Assembly: GCA_041691135.1 (NCBI GenBank)
Contig: JBEPVF010000009.1
Coordinates: 1 to 60,614, forward strand
DNA: 60,614 nt
Reading direction: 5' to 3'
Origin: Candidatus Peribacteria bacterium
GTDB taxonomy: Bacteria; Patescibacteriota; Gracilibacteria; Peribacterales; Peribacteraceae
Shown here: piece after piece, positions 1 through 11,250 of the stretch
Numbering within the stretch: the stretch's first letter is position 1
Layout of the letters: each line of letters starts with the position of its first letter
The notes under the pieces: model-generated
Databases searched by the model: none
The model's input: the letters and a program-made list of their open reading frames with translations, nothing else
Told to the model about the DNA's origin: nothing
Translations under genes and position numbers: made by a program

Positions 1-62
1 TCATTGTCTGGAATAGCGAGCAGGTGAAGAGGTTAGGCGGCTGCAGCCGCCTGGGAGTAGTG
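1..62 (+). repeat. Partial copy (3' end) of the ~340-nt structured repeat / candidate ncRNA
   Basis: GAAGAGGTTAGGCGGCTGCAGCCGCCTGGGAGTAG matches the 3' ends of the copies at 13161-13503 and 46311-46651; truncated by the window edge. Confidence 0.75.
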
Positions 63-81
63 GGAATGCAGAAAAACAAAA

Positions 82-126
82 TCCTCGGTTTCGTCGGCGC
101 CGTCGGTTTCCTCGGGGTCCTCAATC
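82..126. repeat. Degenerate 9-nt tandem repeat (TCCTCGGTT-like)
   Basis: TCCTCGGTT TCGTCGGCG CCGTCGGTT TCCTCGGGG TCCTCAATC; related tracts near 13505, 16780, 17262, 19749, 34897, 45030. Confidence 0.7.
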
Positions 127-1539
127 AAGCTCAATCGCCCTTCCCAACGCATGTTCCAGCACTGTCCGATTGATTTCGCTGTACGTCGGATGAGCGTGGA
201 TGATATGTGTGACATCTTCGATGGGGGTTTCGAGGGCGATCATGTTGGCGAGCTCTTGGATGATTTCGGACACAGTAAAGCCGATGGCTTGAGCTGCCAC
301 CACTTGCTTGTCTTTCACCCAGATTTTTACGAAGCCTTCATCATTCTCTTCCAGAACGGCGCGCAGATTGTTTTTGAACGGCACATGCACGCTGTAGACG
401 CTTTTGTCAGTTGGAACGGTGCCGACGGTGGCTATTTCGGGCAGTGTATAAACGATGGCCGGAATGACGCTGTAGTCCATAGTGCGCAGTTTACGATGCC
501 CGTTCCAGGCCATGATGTTCTCGGCGCACACGATGCCCTGCTGCATGCCGACATGCGCCAGAATCGATTTACCCGTTGCGTCGCCGATGGCCCAGATGGA
601 GCTGATATTCGTGCGCAGAGCATCATCAGTTGTGATGCCCCGATCGGTGTACTGCAGACCCAATGCATCGTATTCAGGAGCATTCAACACGGCACGCCGT
701 CCGATGGCGACGAGCGTGCAAGGACAGTCCCATTCTTCAATCTCGCCGGTCTTCACATGTTCAGCACGGATGTGTCCCTTCTTCAGTTCCACAATCTTAT
801 GTCCCAGCAGCAGTGTGATGCCGGTTGCTTCTAATTGCTGTGTCAGTTCATGTGAAATTTCGGGATCCATGTTCGGCAGAAGTCGCTCGTTAAATTCCAC
901 GATTGTGACGCAGCTACCGAGATGGGCGAAGATAGTGGCAAATTCCAATCCGATCACGCCGCCGCCGACAATTGTCAGCTCAGAAGGAAGTTTGTCGATG
1001 GTGATCAGGCGATTGCTGCTGATGATTGTGGGATCTTTGGGATCAATGCCTGGCAGGTTGACCGGCGCTGAGCCGGTAGCCAGAACGACATGGTCGGCGA
1101 CCAGCTCAAATGTATGGCCGGTCTTGTTCATGCGGGTTCCTTCGCGATCGAGTTGGCCTTCTTCTACGCGAACGGTTTGTGAATCAATCAAATGCCCTTC
1201 GCCCTGAAAAATATCTATATCGTGACGTTTGAGGAGTGCTGCAATATCGTCGCGTGCATGGGTGAGTACCTTGTCGCGTCGCGCAGCAACGGTTTTGAAA
1301 TCCACGGTGATCGGTCCGGTACCGATGCCGTACTTCTTCGCCTCGCGTGCCATCTTCGCGATTTTTGCTGACTCAATCATCGCCTTACTCGGCGTGCAGC
1401 CCCAGTTGATGCAGATGCCGCCGATGTAATCACGTTCAACAACGGCCACTTTGGCACCCATTTGCGCTAAACGTACGGCACACGTGTAGCCGGCCGGCCC
1501 AGCTCCGATGATGATGGCGGTGTAACGGGGGTGGGACAT
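121..1539 (-). CDS. lpdA: Dihydrolipoyl dehydrogenase (E3)
   Basis: GAGPAG FAD motif, GGICINWGCTPSK redox disulfide, GGGVIG NAD motif, C-terminal HAHPTYSE; start may be 1539 or 1566. Confidence 0.9.
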   Translation of the reverse strand: MSHPRYTAIIIGAGPAGYTCAVRLAQMGAKVAVVERDYIGGICINWGCTPSKAMIESAKIAKMAREAKKYGIGTGPITVDFKTVAARRDKVLTHARDDIAALLKRHDIDIFQGEGHLIDSQTVRVEEGQLDREGTRMNKTGHTFELVADHVVLATGSAPVNLPGIDPKDPTIISSNRLITIDKLPSELTIVGGGVIGLEFATIFAHLGSCVTIVEFNERLLPNMDPEISHELTQQLEATGITLLLGHKIVELKKGHIRAEHVKTGEIEEWDCPCTLVAIGRRAVLNAPEYDALGLQYTDRGITTDDALRTNISSIWAIGDATGKSILAHVGMQQGIVCAENIMAWNGHRKLRTMDYSVIPAIVYTLPEIATVGTVPTDKSVYSVHVPFKNNLRAVLEENDEGFVKIWVKDKQVVAAQAIGFTVSEIIQELANMIALETPIEDVTHIIHAHPTYSEINRTVLEHALGRAIELD

Positions 1540-1860
1540 GCGCGAGCGGTGATCAGCAGTGTGCATGATGGACAGGCGATGTCGTTTGGAATGTATCGTG
1601 AAGATAGGGTAGTGAGGAGAAAGTGTAAGAACAAGCGTGAAATTTGAGTGAGCAGAAAACAGTGATCGATGATTAGCAATTTGTCATTCCTTCTGTCTGA
1701 CCTGTGATTACTGACCATTTGTTATCACTTTGTAGGCACCCCATTTGTCCCATCCTCTTGCGATGAACGTACTTTTGTATGTCTTCGACGATAATGAAGG
1801 CTTTACAGGGCTTTTCTTTTATCTCTATTCTACTTTTCTAATTTACTTCTTAGTTACTGT

Positions 1861-2373
1861 ATGTCCATAGTCGACTCTGATTCTGCTCGGCCAGATTCAG
1901 CAACTGATGCAGGTCTCGAACACAATGTTTCTGGAAACGGCAAGTCTGAAGTAGTACGTGCTGCTCCAACATCAGTGGATGTGGGGCGTACAAAAATTGC
2001 CTCAGCCGCAAGTGCAATTGTCAGTACCATTGAACTGCCTAAGACTCCAGAAATCTATACTCCTCTTGCTAAAAATCATCGTGATGAGAGCGCTTATAAA
2101 CACAAAGATGGAACTTTAACAGACGGAGGAAAAGAAGTACGTGAATCTTTTAATCGTAGGGGATGGCGGACGGATAGGACCTATAGTAACGACGTCCATC
2201 AAGCTGCGATGAGAAACCAGCAGAGTCTGGTGCCTGGTGCTGCCCAGATAGAAGTAATTAATAGAAGAATCGAAGCCAACCGAAGAGCGCCTAAGGCGCA
2301 AATTTCTCTTATCGAAGTAGGCAATGGAGATGCGGTAGCGGTGGAAGAGCGACCGGAAGAAATAGCTGCTTAA
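1861..2373 (+). CDS. Hypothetical protein (170 aa ORFan)
   Basis: Long hydrophilic ORF in a lower-GC segment; no family recognised. Confidence 0.6.
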   Translation: MSIVDSDSARPDSATDAGLEHNVSGNGKSEVVRAAPTSVDVGRTKIASAASAIVSTIELPKTPEIYTPLAKNHRDESAYKHKDGTLTDGGKEVRESFNRRGWRTDRTYSNDVHQAAMRNQQSLVPGAAQIEVINRRIEANRRAPKAQISLIEVGNGDAVAVEERPEEIAA

Positions 2374-2382
2374 TCATTAAGT

Positions 2383-2408
2383 CCCTCCCCGTCGACCGGC
2401 GGGGAGGG
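2383..2408. terminator. GC-rich hairpin between convergent genes
   Basis: CCCTCCCCGTC-GACC-GGCGGGGAGGG. Confidence 0.6.
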
Positions 2409-2414
2409 GAGAAC

Positions 2415-2573
2415 TCACTGTCTCGCCATCTGGCGGCGAAACTCTGTGAGCGTCATTCTTCCGTACCTTTCATCGTCAGTTTCGACGATGGGGTTGGCCG
2501 GCCAGGTGGTCCAAAGTCTGTATAGACCGTAAACCACAATTCCAGCACCGAAGAAACCAGTCAGTAGTTTCAT
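2415..2573 (-). CDS. Small single-TM protein (52 aa), not in the ORF track
   Basis: Hand translation MKLLTGFFGAGIVVYGLYRLWTTWPANPIVETDDERYGRMTLTEFRRQMARQ; GGAG 6 nt upstream; hairpin right after the stop. Confidence 0.55.
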   Translation of the reverse strand: MKLLTGFFGAGIVVYGLYRLWTTWPANPIVETDDERYGRMTLTEFRRQMARQ

Positions 2574-2697
2574 GTGTGACTCCGGAAGGGCCAAAGGAAT
2601 GGGATAGGGTGAGTGTGTACTTGTTTGCCGTCATTGCGAGAAATTACTGTCAGCTGCGGCAAGGTTGCCGACCTCTACAGGAAAAGTCATCTACACG

Positions 2698-2723
2698 AAA
2701 AAAGAACCTATCGGTCCTTATTT
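2698..2723 (-). terminator. Probable intrinsic terminator of the 16S transcript
   Basis: Minus strand AAATAAGGACC-GATA-GGTTC-TTTTTT, downstream of the 3' processing-stalk arm. Confidence 0.5.
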
Positions 2724-2932
2724 CGTTGATCATTCCGTGAATCATCAGATTCACAGCATTGTGTAGTAGAGAAGTATTCCGAGTCCACTTCCCTTGCCCC
2801 TTAACGTAAAGGGAGAGGGAAGTGGCGATGCTCTCGGTCAATAGAATGACATGTTGGATATGCATCATCCATTGCATGTCTACTCCGATGGCAACAGCTT
2901 GCGCAGTGCCAGGAGCCAGGTTTATTCCCTGG

Positions 2933-4401
<1,469 letters not shown>

Positions 4402-4688
4402 GAAGAATTTCATCAGTAATCATAGTGATAAACTGGTGATTTTCTGCTGCACAGAGGTCCGAAGACCGTCTGTGACTGTGATGACCTTATTTTGAATCGC
4501 GTCATCAACGATAAATTCAAAGGAATTGGGTCCCATGCTTCTCTTGCGAGAAGATGGGCACACTTCTCTACTACACGATGCTGTGAATGATCTTTCGCAC
4601 TTCGTTCGCTCGGGAGGACATCCTCTAAGCGAGTCGAAAACCGCCTCCGTATTGCATTTACCGTGCAACAAAGAAGCAGAGCCGGGTC

Positions 4689-4716
4689 ATCTTACTCGAT
4701 CTGGGCAATGGGTCAA
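4689..4716 (-). promoter_or_regulatory. Sigma70-type promoter of 16S rRNA
   Basis: TTGACC-N16-TAAGAT on the minus strand, ~290 nt upstream of the mature 5' end. Confidence 0.65.
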
Positions 4717-4852
4717 GAATATTTGTAGCCAAATTGGAAAGGGAGGAAGGGGAAGTATTTGACTGAATATTATATAGTTTTATAGTATTAATTGTCTTTC
4801 ACATCGGCGGAAACAGTTCACTTGTTCCTTGGCCCTGTTGGAGTTCATTCCG

Positions 4853-5410
4853 ATGGAAGAGGAAGCATTGCAGTCTGCAAGATGGACATTGGGGGAAGAA
4901 GAGGCTCCGGCCTTCGAGGTGGCAGTCAGGTCCTGCCTTGATGGGGCGGAGCTGACTCCTGACCAACTGCAACTTCTGGCCACTGCATTTTCGTTGGTGG
5001 GACGGAAGCATGGAACCAGCATCATGATGCTGGTTCTGGTGACTTTTGTTTCACCGGCGACAATCCAGCAGATTGATCCGTTGCCTCAGGCGGTGGTCGA
5101 CCGGCTGGAGACTGGAACGGCCACGGCCGAGGACGTTCGGGCGGCCCTCATGAATGGCATGTTCCTCAGTGGACTCTACGTCGCAACGGCACCCGGCCAA
5201 CCCGAACCTGCCGAGTTGCCAGAAGCCTGTCCACGTTGTGGCGGCGGTGGCTGCAGCCTTGCAGCCGCGGTCGGGTACACCGGCCCGCTCTTCGTTATCC
5301 GGCGCGCGCAGGTTGAGGCCCTCACGGCCGACCACAACACGCGCAACTACGGGACTGATGGCGTTCCCGCTGACTATGATTTTGGAGACCAGGCGGTCTT
5401 CCAAGACTGA
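4853..5410 (+). CDS. Hypothetical protein with CxxC...C motif
   Basis: ATG preceded by GGAG; CPRCGGGGC; hairpin at ~5418-5450 after the stop. Confidence 0.6.
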   Translation: MEEEALQSARWTLGEEEAPAFEVAVRSCLDGAELTPDQLQLLATAFSLVGRKHGTSIMMLVLVTFVSPATIQQIDPLPQAVVDRLETGTATAEDVRAALMNGMFLSGLYVATAPGQPEPAELPEACPRCGGGGCSLAAAVGYTGPLFVIRRAQVEALTADHNTRNYGTDGVPADYDFGDQAVFQD

Positions 5411-5504
5411 AAGACAACCCTTCCTCCCGCTCGTCGGGAGGACGGAGGGGCCACCACTGCGGTGGCCCTTTCGATGTGTCTGCAACTTCGATAATCTTTG
5501 AGGG

Positions 5505-6470
5505 ATGAATTTTCTGCGCGAATTTTTTCGGTCGCTGTTTCTCTCGTGCACATCGCTTGAGTATTACAACGAGGTGTATCGCAAGCCAATGGCGTTTTCG
5601 TGGAAGTATCTGATTGTGTTTTACGTGCTCATCGCAGCTGTTGTTGCCGGTGCTTTTACGTATGCCTTCGAGCCGGTTCAGCCGTCGCTGATAGGGATTG
5701 GGTCGCCGGAATGGCGGACGATGGTGGGTATGTTTCCATCGGATCTTCAACTGTCGCTGGGAAAGACTGGCATACATATCAATAAGTCGCTGCCATACGC
5801 GATCCCGATCACCAAAGAATTACTGCAGCAGCAGGAGCCAGCTATAACGGATGCGCAATATCCGGTACTGCGCGAAGAGATGACGAAGCGGGGATTTCCG
5901 ATCAATGCATTCACCTTCATCGATGCAGATACCATCAACACCGATACATTTCCTCAGTACCAATCGTTCGCGGTGGTCGCGCGACGGGAAGTGGCGATGA
6001 AGAAGAGTACAACGTCACCCTCCATCACTATTACGGCGATGCCCCACTTGAGTCTTCCATTCGCCATCACACGAACGCGGCTGGAAAAATTCACAGGGGT
6101 GGTGCAGGCATTCCATTTGTATGACCGCAGTGCATTCACCTTCTTCGTGTTCACTTTCGGAACACTGTTCCTGTGGATGGTGATGATGGTGGGATCACTT
6201 GTGCGTATCGGGGTTTCGTCGCTCATCATGATGGCGGTGTGGACCAAAAAGATTCGCTACAAAAAAGTCTTTCAACTGAGCATTCACGCCTATACGCCGC
6301 TTATCCTGGTGTCGTTCATTCCGGTGCCATCTTCCCTTCCCTGGTTTGCGACCATCCTACGTCTCGCCTATTTCGTGTGGATGTTTGTGATTCTGCAACG
6401 ACTGGAGAGAGACGGAATTATTGGCTTGGATCAGCCGAAAAAAACAACGCCACAGAAAAAGAAGTCATGA
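5505..6470 (+). CDS. DUF1189-like membrane protein
   Basis: N-terminal TM, extracellular domain, several C-terminal TMs with YKKVFQLSIHAYTP pattern. Confidence 0.65.
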   Translation: MNFLREFFRSLFLSCTSLEYYNEVYRKPMAFSWKYLIVFYVLIAAVVAGAFTYAFEPVQPSLIGIGSPEWRTMVGMFPSDLQLSLGKTGIHINKSLPYAIPITKELLQQQEPAITDAQYPVLREEMTKRGFPINAFTFIDADTINTDTFPQYQSFAVVARREVAMKKSTTSPSITITAMPHLSLPFAITRTRLEKFTGVVQAFHLYDRSAFTFFVFTFGTLFLWMVMMVGSLVRIGVSSLIMMAVWTKKIRYKKVFQLSIHAYTPLILVSFIPVPSSLPWFATILRLAYFVWMFVILQRLERDGIIGLDQPKKTTPQKKKS

Positions 6471-6567
6471 ATTTATACACAGGCCGTCTTAGCCTGCATG
6501 TCCTTCTGCACAGGTCGTTCTGAGCAGAGGGTTGGTCCTTGTTTTGTGTCCAGAAGGAGGATTGGCG

Positions 6568-7041
6568 ATGAAGCCTCTGTTGACTCTACTGGCGAGCGCT
6601 GCGTTCATGCTGGCGTTGGCAGGTGTTTTTTATTCCTTGTCGAATGCGGAGTACGACAAAGAATTGAGATCGTACACGCCTGCATTGATCGTGTTTGTCA
6701 TGGGTCTGATGGTGTCGGCGATGGCAGGGCTCGTCGTGGCTCTCCATTGGGTATTTGGTCAACCGATTGTTGCTCCCCAAAGCTCTGATCAGTGGATGAC
6801 GGTTCTGAGGGCGAGTCTCTGGAATGCACTTGCCACGCTCTGTTACTTCACGGCTTACCCCCTCGGGGGTGATGCAGTGATGAATACGAGTATCATGGGT
6901 CTCATTCCGGCGGGAGCATGCCTCTTCCTGTTTCTCTGTTGCGGCAAAGTGCCCAAGGTGAGACAAGTGTGCGGCGTACTTCTGGCCATGGCTTCGGCTT
7001 TGGCCTTTGCGGCGCCACCGCCCAAAGACAGCCAGCACTGA
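6568..7041 (+). CDS. Small multi-TM protein, EamA/DMT-like
   Basis: About five hydrophobic helices, C-terminal QVCGVLLA; AGGAGG 7 nt upstream. Confidence 0.55.
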   Translation: MKPLLTLLASAAFMLALAGVFYSLSNAEYDKELRSYTPALIVFVMGLMVSAMAGLVVALHWVFGQPIVAPQSSDQWMTVLRASLWNALATLCYFTAYPLGGDAVMNTSIMGLIPAGACLFLFLCCGKVPKVRQVCGVLLAMASALAFAAPPPKDSQH

Positions 7042-7069
7042 CTCATGTTTTCCGAACACGAAACTCGGA

Positions 7070-7101
7070 CTGCCACGTCGCGCAAGCGACGTGGCGGTTT
7101 T
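7070..7101 (+). terminator. Intrinsic terminator
   Basis: CTGCCACGTCGC-GCAA-GCGACGTGGCGG-TTTT. Confidence 0.75.
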
Positions 7102-7242
7102 GCCATGCCTATTTTCTTGACCTGCTTCGTCATTTTCTATTCTGTATGCGCACTGGTCAGGATGGCCCGCATCAACTGTTGTTGATACTGGTCTTGGACG
7201 ACTGGTATCTGCTCATTGTTCTGACTGTGGAGTTTTCGACTG

Positions 7243-7611
7243 ATGGAACGTTCGACTGCAGTTGAGTTGCTGAAGTCTCTCAAGGAGAGCGGAATCAAGT
7301 ATTTCGATGACAACCCATTCGATCCGGTCGCAGAGCTCTATGTTGAACTCTGTCGGCAGGGCTACGAAACGCATCACAAGCTTCTTGTTGCAGTTGGAAA
7401 GCGCATCAGGGGTGTGAAGCCCCTCCGTCCATTGGGCCCACACAAGATGTGGCTGGATGGGCTCTGTGAAGGCAACAAAGATATCCTGGTGACTCTGCTG
7501 CTCCATCCCGACGGCGTCAAAGCGTTGGAGCGCTATGCCGTTGTACACCGAGAACGGCCCCATCACGTGTGTTGGGATTCCGTTGGGTTCGCAGTTGAAG
7601 CCACAGCCTGA
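7243..7611 (+). CDS. Hypothetical protein (122 aa)
   Basis: GGAG upstream, globular composition, hairpin downstream. Confidence 0.5.
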   Translation: MERSTAVELLKSLKESGIKYFDDNPFDPVAELYVELCRQGYETHHKLLVAVGKRIRGVKPLRPLGPHKMWLDGLCEGNKDILVTLLLHPDGVKALERYAVVHRERPHHVCWDSVGFAVEATA

Positions 7612-7648
7612 ATATCGAGCAGTTTCCGAGGCCCTGTCCTCGGACCGA

Positions 7649-7682
7649 CGCCGCCCTCCCCACCGGGAGAGGCGGCGGTTTT
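7649..7682 (+). terminator. Intrinsic terminator
   Basis: CGCCGCCCTCCC-CACC-GGGAGAGGCGGCG-GTTTT. Confidence 0.6.
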
Positions 7683-7685
7683 GCA

Positions 7686-8618
7686 TTATCCAAGTTTGCT
7701 TACCAATTCTTTTACATCGCTCACACTTTTTTCGAAGGCGGTTTTTTCATCGGCATTCAGCTCCACTTCCACTACGCGTTCCACGCCGTTTGATCCGAGC
7801 ACGGCCGGCACACCCACGAAGTAGCCACCCACATTGAATTCTTTGTCGCAGTAGGCGCATGCGGGCAGCAGTCTTTTTTTATCGCGCACGATGGCTTCGA
7901 CCATCTGGATCGTCGCCGCGGCCGGTGCGTAGTAGGCCGAACCTGTTTTAAGCAATGCGACGATTTCGGCGCCGCCATCGCGGGCGCGTTGCACGATCTC
8001 GTTCAATCGATCAGCTTTGATCAGTTGCGTGACGGGAATGCCGCCGATCGTGGTGTAGCGCGGCAGCGGCACCATCGAATCGCCGTGGCCACCCAAGAGA
8101 AGAGCGGATACATCTTCCATTGATACATTCAGTTCCATGGCGATGAATGTTTTGTAGCGCGCCACATCCAAGATGCCGGCCTGACCCACCACGCGGTTCT
8201 GCGGAAAGCCACTCGCTTTCCAGGCGACGTACACCATCGCATCGAGCGGATTGCTCACAACGACGAGGATCGCATTGGGACTTGCGACAGCGGCTTGCTT
8301 GGCTACGCTCTCGACGATCTTCGCATTCGTTACCAATAGATCATCGCGACTCATGCCCGGTTTGCGCGGCAATCCGGCAGTAATGACGACGACATCACTG
8401 TCTTTCGTATCATCGTACGAATTTGTTCCGGTGATGTTGCCATCGAATCCTTCGATCGGTCCGCACTGACGCAAATCGAGTGCTTTGCCCTTCGGCATGT
8501 CGCCGCTCTCGGGAATATCGAGCAGCACGATGTCGCCGAGTTCCTTCTGCGCCGCCCACATTGCCGCTGTGGCTCCGACGTTTCCGGCGCCGATGATGGA
8601 GATTTTTGGTCGCTTCAT
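7686..8618 (-). CDS. mdh: Malate dehydrogenase (LDH-like MDH)
   Basis: [26 protein letters not shown] motifs. Confidence 0.95.
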   Translation of the reverse strand: MKRPKISIIGAGNVGATAAMWAAQKELGDIVLLDIPESGDMPKGKALDLRQCGPIEGFDGNITGTNSYDDTKDSDVVVITAGLPRKPGMSRDDLLVTNAKIVESVAKQAAVASPNAILVVVSNPLDAMVYVAWKASGFPQNRVVGQAGILDVARYKTFIAMELNVSMEDVSALLLGGHGDSMVPLPRYTTIGGIPVTQLIKADRLNEIVQRARDGGAEIVALLKTGSAYYAPAAATIQMVEAIVRDKKRLLPACAYCDKEFNVGGYFVGVPAVLGSNGVERVVEVELNADEKTAFEKSVSDVKELVSKLG

Positions 8619-8741
8619 ATGTGCCGATGATACCGAAAGACAGACGGTCGACGAAGCAGAATTGAGGATCGTGAATCAGGAAGCAGAATTCGTACTTTTC
8701 CCCATTCTTACCTCTAAATTCTTGATTCAACTTCGACAAAT

Positions 8742-8769
8742 TTGACTCCCTTCTTTTGAACCGTAGAGT
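8742..8769 (+). promoter_or_regulatory. Promoter of the putative leader peptide
   Basis: TTGACT-N16-TAGAGT, 7 nt before ATG 8777. Confidence 0.6.
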
Positions 8770-8776
8770 ACCCGCA

Positions 8777-8833
8777 ATGACTCATTCATCTTCCGTTCTC
8801 GCGCTCGTCTCTCTCGTCCTCCGGACGATCTGA
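8777..8833 (+). CDS. Putative 18-aa leader peptide MTHSSSVLALVSLVLRTI
   Basis: Leaderless ATG after the -10 box; stop immediately before the alternative hairpins. Confidence 0.5.
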   Translation: MTHSSSVLALVSLVLRTI

Positions 8834-8834
8834 T

Positions 8835-8882
8835 GCGAGGTGTGAACGGAACTGACTCTCACCTCGCGCCGGGGTGGTTTTT
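8835..8882 (+). promoter_or_regulatory. Putative attenuator (antiterminator/terminator)
   Basis: GCGAGGTG(8835-42):CACCTCGC(8860-67) is mutually exclusive with CACCTCG(8860-66):CGGGGTG(8870-76) followed by GTTTTT. Confidence 0.55.
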
Positions 8883-8903
8883 GTATCTCTCCTCCTTCTC
8901 ATT

Positions 8904-9215
8904 ATGAATGCTGCCTTAAGGGCTCACCGTCCTGACGCGAATGAAGACACGCCGGCAGAGCCGACTTTTAAAGAATATCCCAGTGATACGGGCAACGTAG
9001 TCATCGAAGCGCAACTTGGAAAAGAAAAAATCGTAAGAGTCATACAGACGTATGGCAATCCGTTTGATACCACTATGTACCGCGAGGTCTTGGTTCGTGA
9101 GCTGCGTGGTGAGCCGCCTGCAAATACGTACCATCCCAACGGAAAACCGGATTATCCGGTAGAGGAAACGCTGCCTGTTCGTCAGTATCCTGACCGGGGC
9201 AATACTGCTTTCTAA
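8904..9215 (+). CDS. Hypothetical protein (103 aa) downstream of the attenuator
   Basis: ATG after a pyrimidine tract; stop overlaps the convergent NRAMP stop. Confidence 0.55.
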   Translation: MNAALRAHRPDANEDTPAEPTFKEYPSDTGNVVIEAQLGKEKIVRVIQTYGNPFDTTMYREVLVRELRGEPPANTYHPNGKPDYPVEETLPVRQYPDRGNTAF

Positions 9216-10474
9216 CGCCACGTCGCTTCAATCAATGCCACTGATGCGCCGCCCATGAAGAGCGTGATGAGCCAGCCGAAGATATTGGCCAGCGGACCGT
9301 TGGTGTGCTTACCCATGATCTGTTTGTCGTTGGCGATCATCAGAATCAGGAACATGAGCGGCGGCGCCACAAGGCCGTTGATCACCGCCGTGTAGTACAG
9401 CATGCGGAACGGCGGCACGCCGACGAAGTTCACCGCTAAGCCGATGAGTGTGGCTAACGCAATCACGCTGTAGAAGCCGGGCGCTTGGTAATATTTTTTG
9501 GAGAGCCCCTCGGAAAGTTTGAACGTTTCGGCGACGGCGTACGAGGCTGATGATGAGAGGACGGGAATGGCCAACAAGCCCGTTCCGATAACGCCGATGG
9601 TGAAGAGAAAGGAAGCGAAGTGGCCGGCAATCGGTTCCAATGAGCGCGCCGCATCCGCGGCACTCTTGATGGTCGTGATGCCCTGTCCGTGCAATGTCGA
9701 CGCCGCGGTAATGATGATGAAGAACGCCACGAGGTTGCTGAATACCATGCCGATGAGTGTATCGATGCGCATTTCCTGCAGGTCGGCTGGCTTTACTTTG
9801 GGTTTTCCTACTCCCATTGCTCGCAACATGTGGCGGTCCACTTCCTCTTCCACTTCTTCACTCGCCTGCCAGAAAAACAGATACGGCGAGATGGTGGTGC
9901 CGAAGATGGCGACGATGTTCATCACGAAGTCTTTGTCAAATTGGATGGTGGGAACGAACGTGTTTCGCAAAACCTGAGTCCAATCCTGATGCACGATGAA
10001 CGCCGTCAGAATGTAGGCGAACAACGCGAAGGTGAGATACTTGAGGAACTTCGCATACAAGTGGTAATCGACGAAAATTTGGAGCAACAATGTGCCGACG
10101 GCAAAAATGAGTAGTAACAAGGGAAAGGGAATACCGGTGATCAGTTCGCCCGACGATGCCATGGCACCCAAGTCCGCGCCAATATTGATCGCGTTGGCGG
10201 CGAAGAGCAGGAAGACGGCGACGTAGAGGATCGACGGCGTGTAGTGTTTGCGGATTACTTGTGCGAGGCCTTTGCCTGTCACCATACCGATGCGACCGCA
10301 CATTTCCTGGATGGCGGTCATGAACGGAATGCTCAGGAAGATCGTCCACAGTTGCGTATAACCGAACTGAGCCCCTGTTTGCGTGTAGGTCAAAATTCCT
10401 GACGGATCGTCGTCCGAAGCGCCGGTAATAAACCCGGGGCCGAGGGAGCGGAAAATTTTACGCGGGTCGTACAT
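9212..10474 (-). CDS. NRAMP-family divalent metal transporter
   Basis: LGPGFITGASDDDPSG and GTTISPYLFFWQ motifs, ~11 TMs; start placed 7 nt after TATTAT. Confidence 0.9.
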   Translation of the reverse strand: MYDPRKIFRSLGPGFITGASDDDPSGILTYTQTGAQFGYTQLWTIFLSIPFMTAIQEMCGRIGMVTGKGLAQVIRKHYTPSILYVAVFLLFAANAINIGADLGAMASSGELITGIPFPLLLLIFAVGTLLLQIFVDYHLYAKFLKYLTFALFAYILTAFIVHQDWTQVLRNTFVPTIQFDKDFVMNIVAIFGTTISPYLFFWQASEEVEEEVDRHMLRAMGVGKPKVKPADLQEMRIDTLIGMVFSNLVAFFIIITAASTLHGQGITTIKSAADAARSLEPIAGHFASFLFTIGVIGTGLLAIPVLSSSASYAVAETFKLSEGLSKKYYQAPGFYSVIALATLIGLAVNFVGVPPFRMLYYTAVINGLVAPPLMFLILMIANDKQIMGKHTNGPLANIFGWLITLFMGGASVALIEATWR

Positions 10475-10689
10475 GAACTTCATAATAGCGCTTCTTCCAC
10501 AGTGAGAAATTGATAATTGAGAATGGAGATTTGCTTCTCGCCGTTCCTCTAAACAGCAGGTTGATATGCCTTTCGAGAGTGCCACAATTGCATAAACTAT
10601 CCTTGACTTTCGTTTCTGTGGCCCTGTAGAGTCTCGTTCCACGTGATTCCCCAGCCTTTTTATAAGGTTGGGTTCTACCCAAGAATCCC

Positions 10690-11250
10690 ATGCCAACCCT
10701 TTCACCTTCATCGGAGGATGTCCGCATCTATGAGTGCGCGGTCCTGTATCCGAACGACCTGTCCCAAAAGGAAGAGGCCGAATTGATCAAAGAGATTGAA
10801 GGCTACTTCGACGAAGTCGGCGCCAAACTCATCAGCAAAGATGCATGGGGCATGCGCGGACTGGCCTATCCAGTCGAAGGTCACAAAGAAGGCAAATACA
10901 CCATCTACTACTTCGAGATGGATCCGGCCAAGCTAAAGGAAGTCGATCAGGCATTGCGCATCAATAGGAACGTTTTGCGTCACTTGTTCGTCAAACCACC
11001 CAAGCACTACCAGATCATCAAATACAGCGAGGCATACGAAGAGTGGATGAAGACGCGTGAGAGCGTTGAACAGGTCCGTGCACGCGAAAAAGAAGAGAAG
11101 GTGAAGGAGCAGGTGGCCAAGCGTGCCAAGAAGCAGGTAGAGAAGGCGACGACGGAGCGCAAAAAGGCCCCCGGCGACAAGCCTGCCCTCGAACACGGTC
11201 AGCTCGATGCGAAACTCGAAGAGCTCCTTTCCGATTCCACTGATCTCTAA
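10690..11250 (+). CDS. rpsF: 30S ribosomal protein S6 with long charged C-terminal extension
   Basis: YE...WGMRGLAYP...VLRHL; directly upstream of rpsR. Confidence 0.93.
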   Translation: MPTLSPSSEDVRIYECAVLYPNDLSQKEEAELIKEIEGYFDEVGAKLISKDAWGMRGLAYPVEGHKEGKYTIYYFEMDPAKLKEVDQALRINRNVLRHLFVKPPKHYQIIKYSEAYEEWMKTRESVEQVRAREKEEKVKEQVAKRAKKQVEKATTERKKAPGDKPALEHGQLDAKLEELLSDSTDL

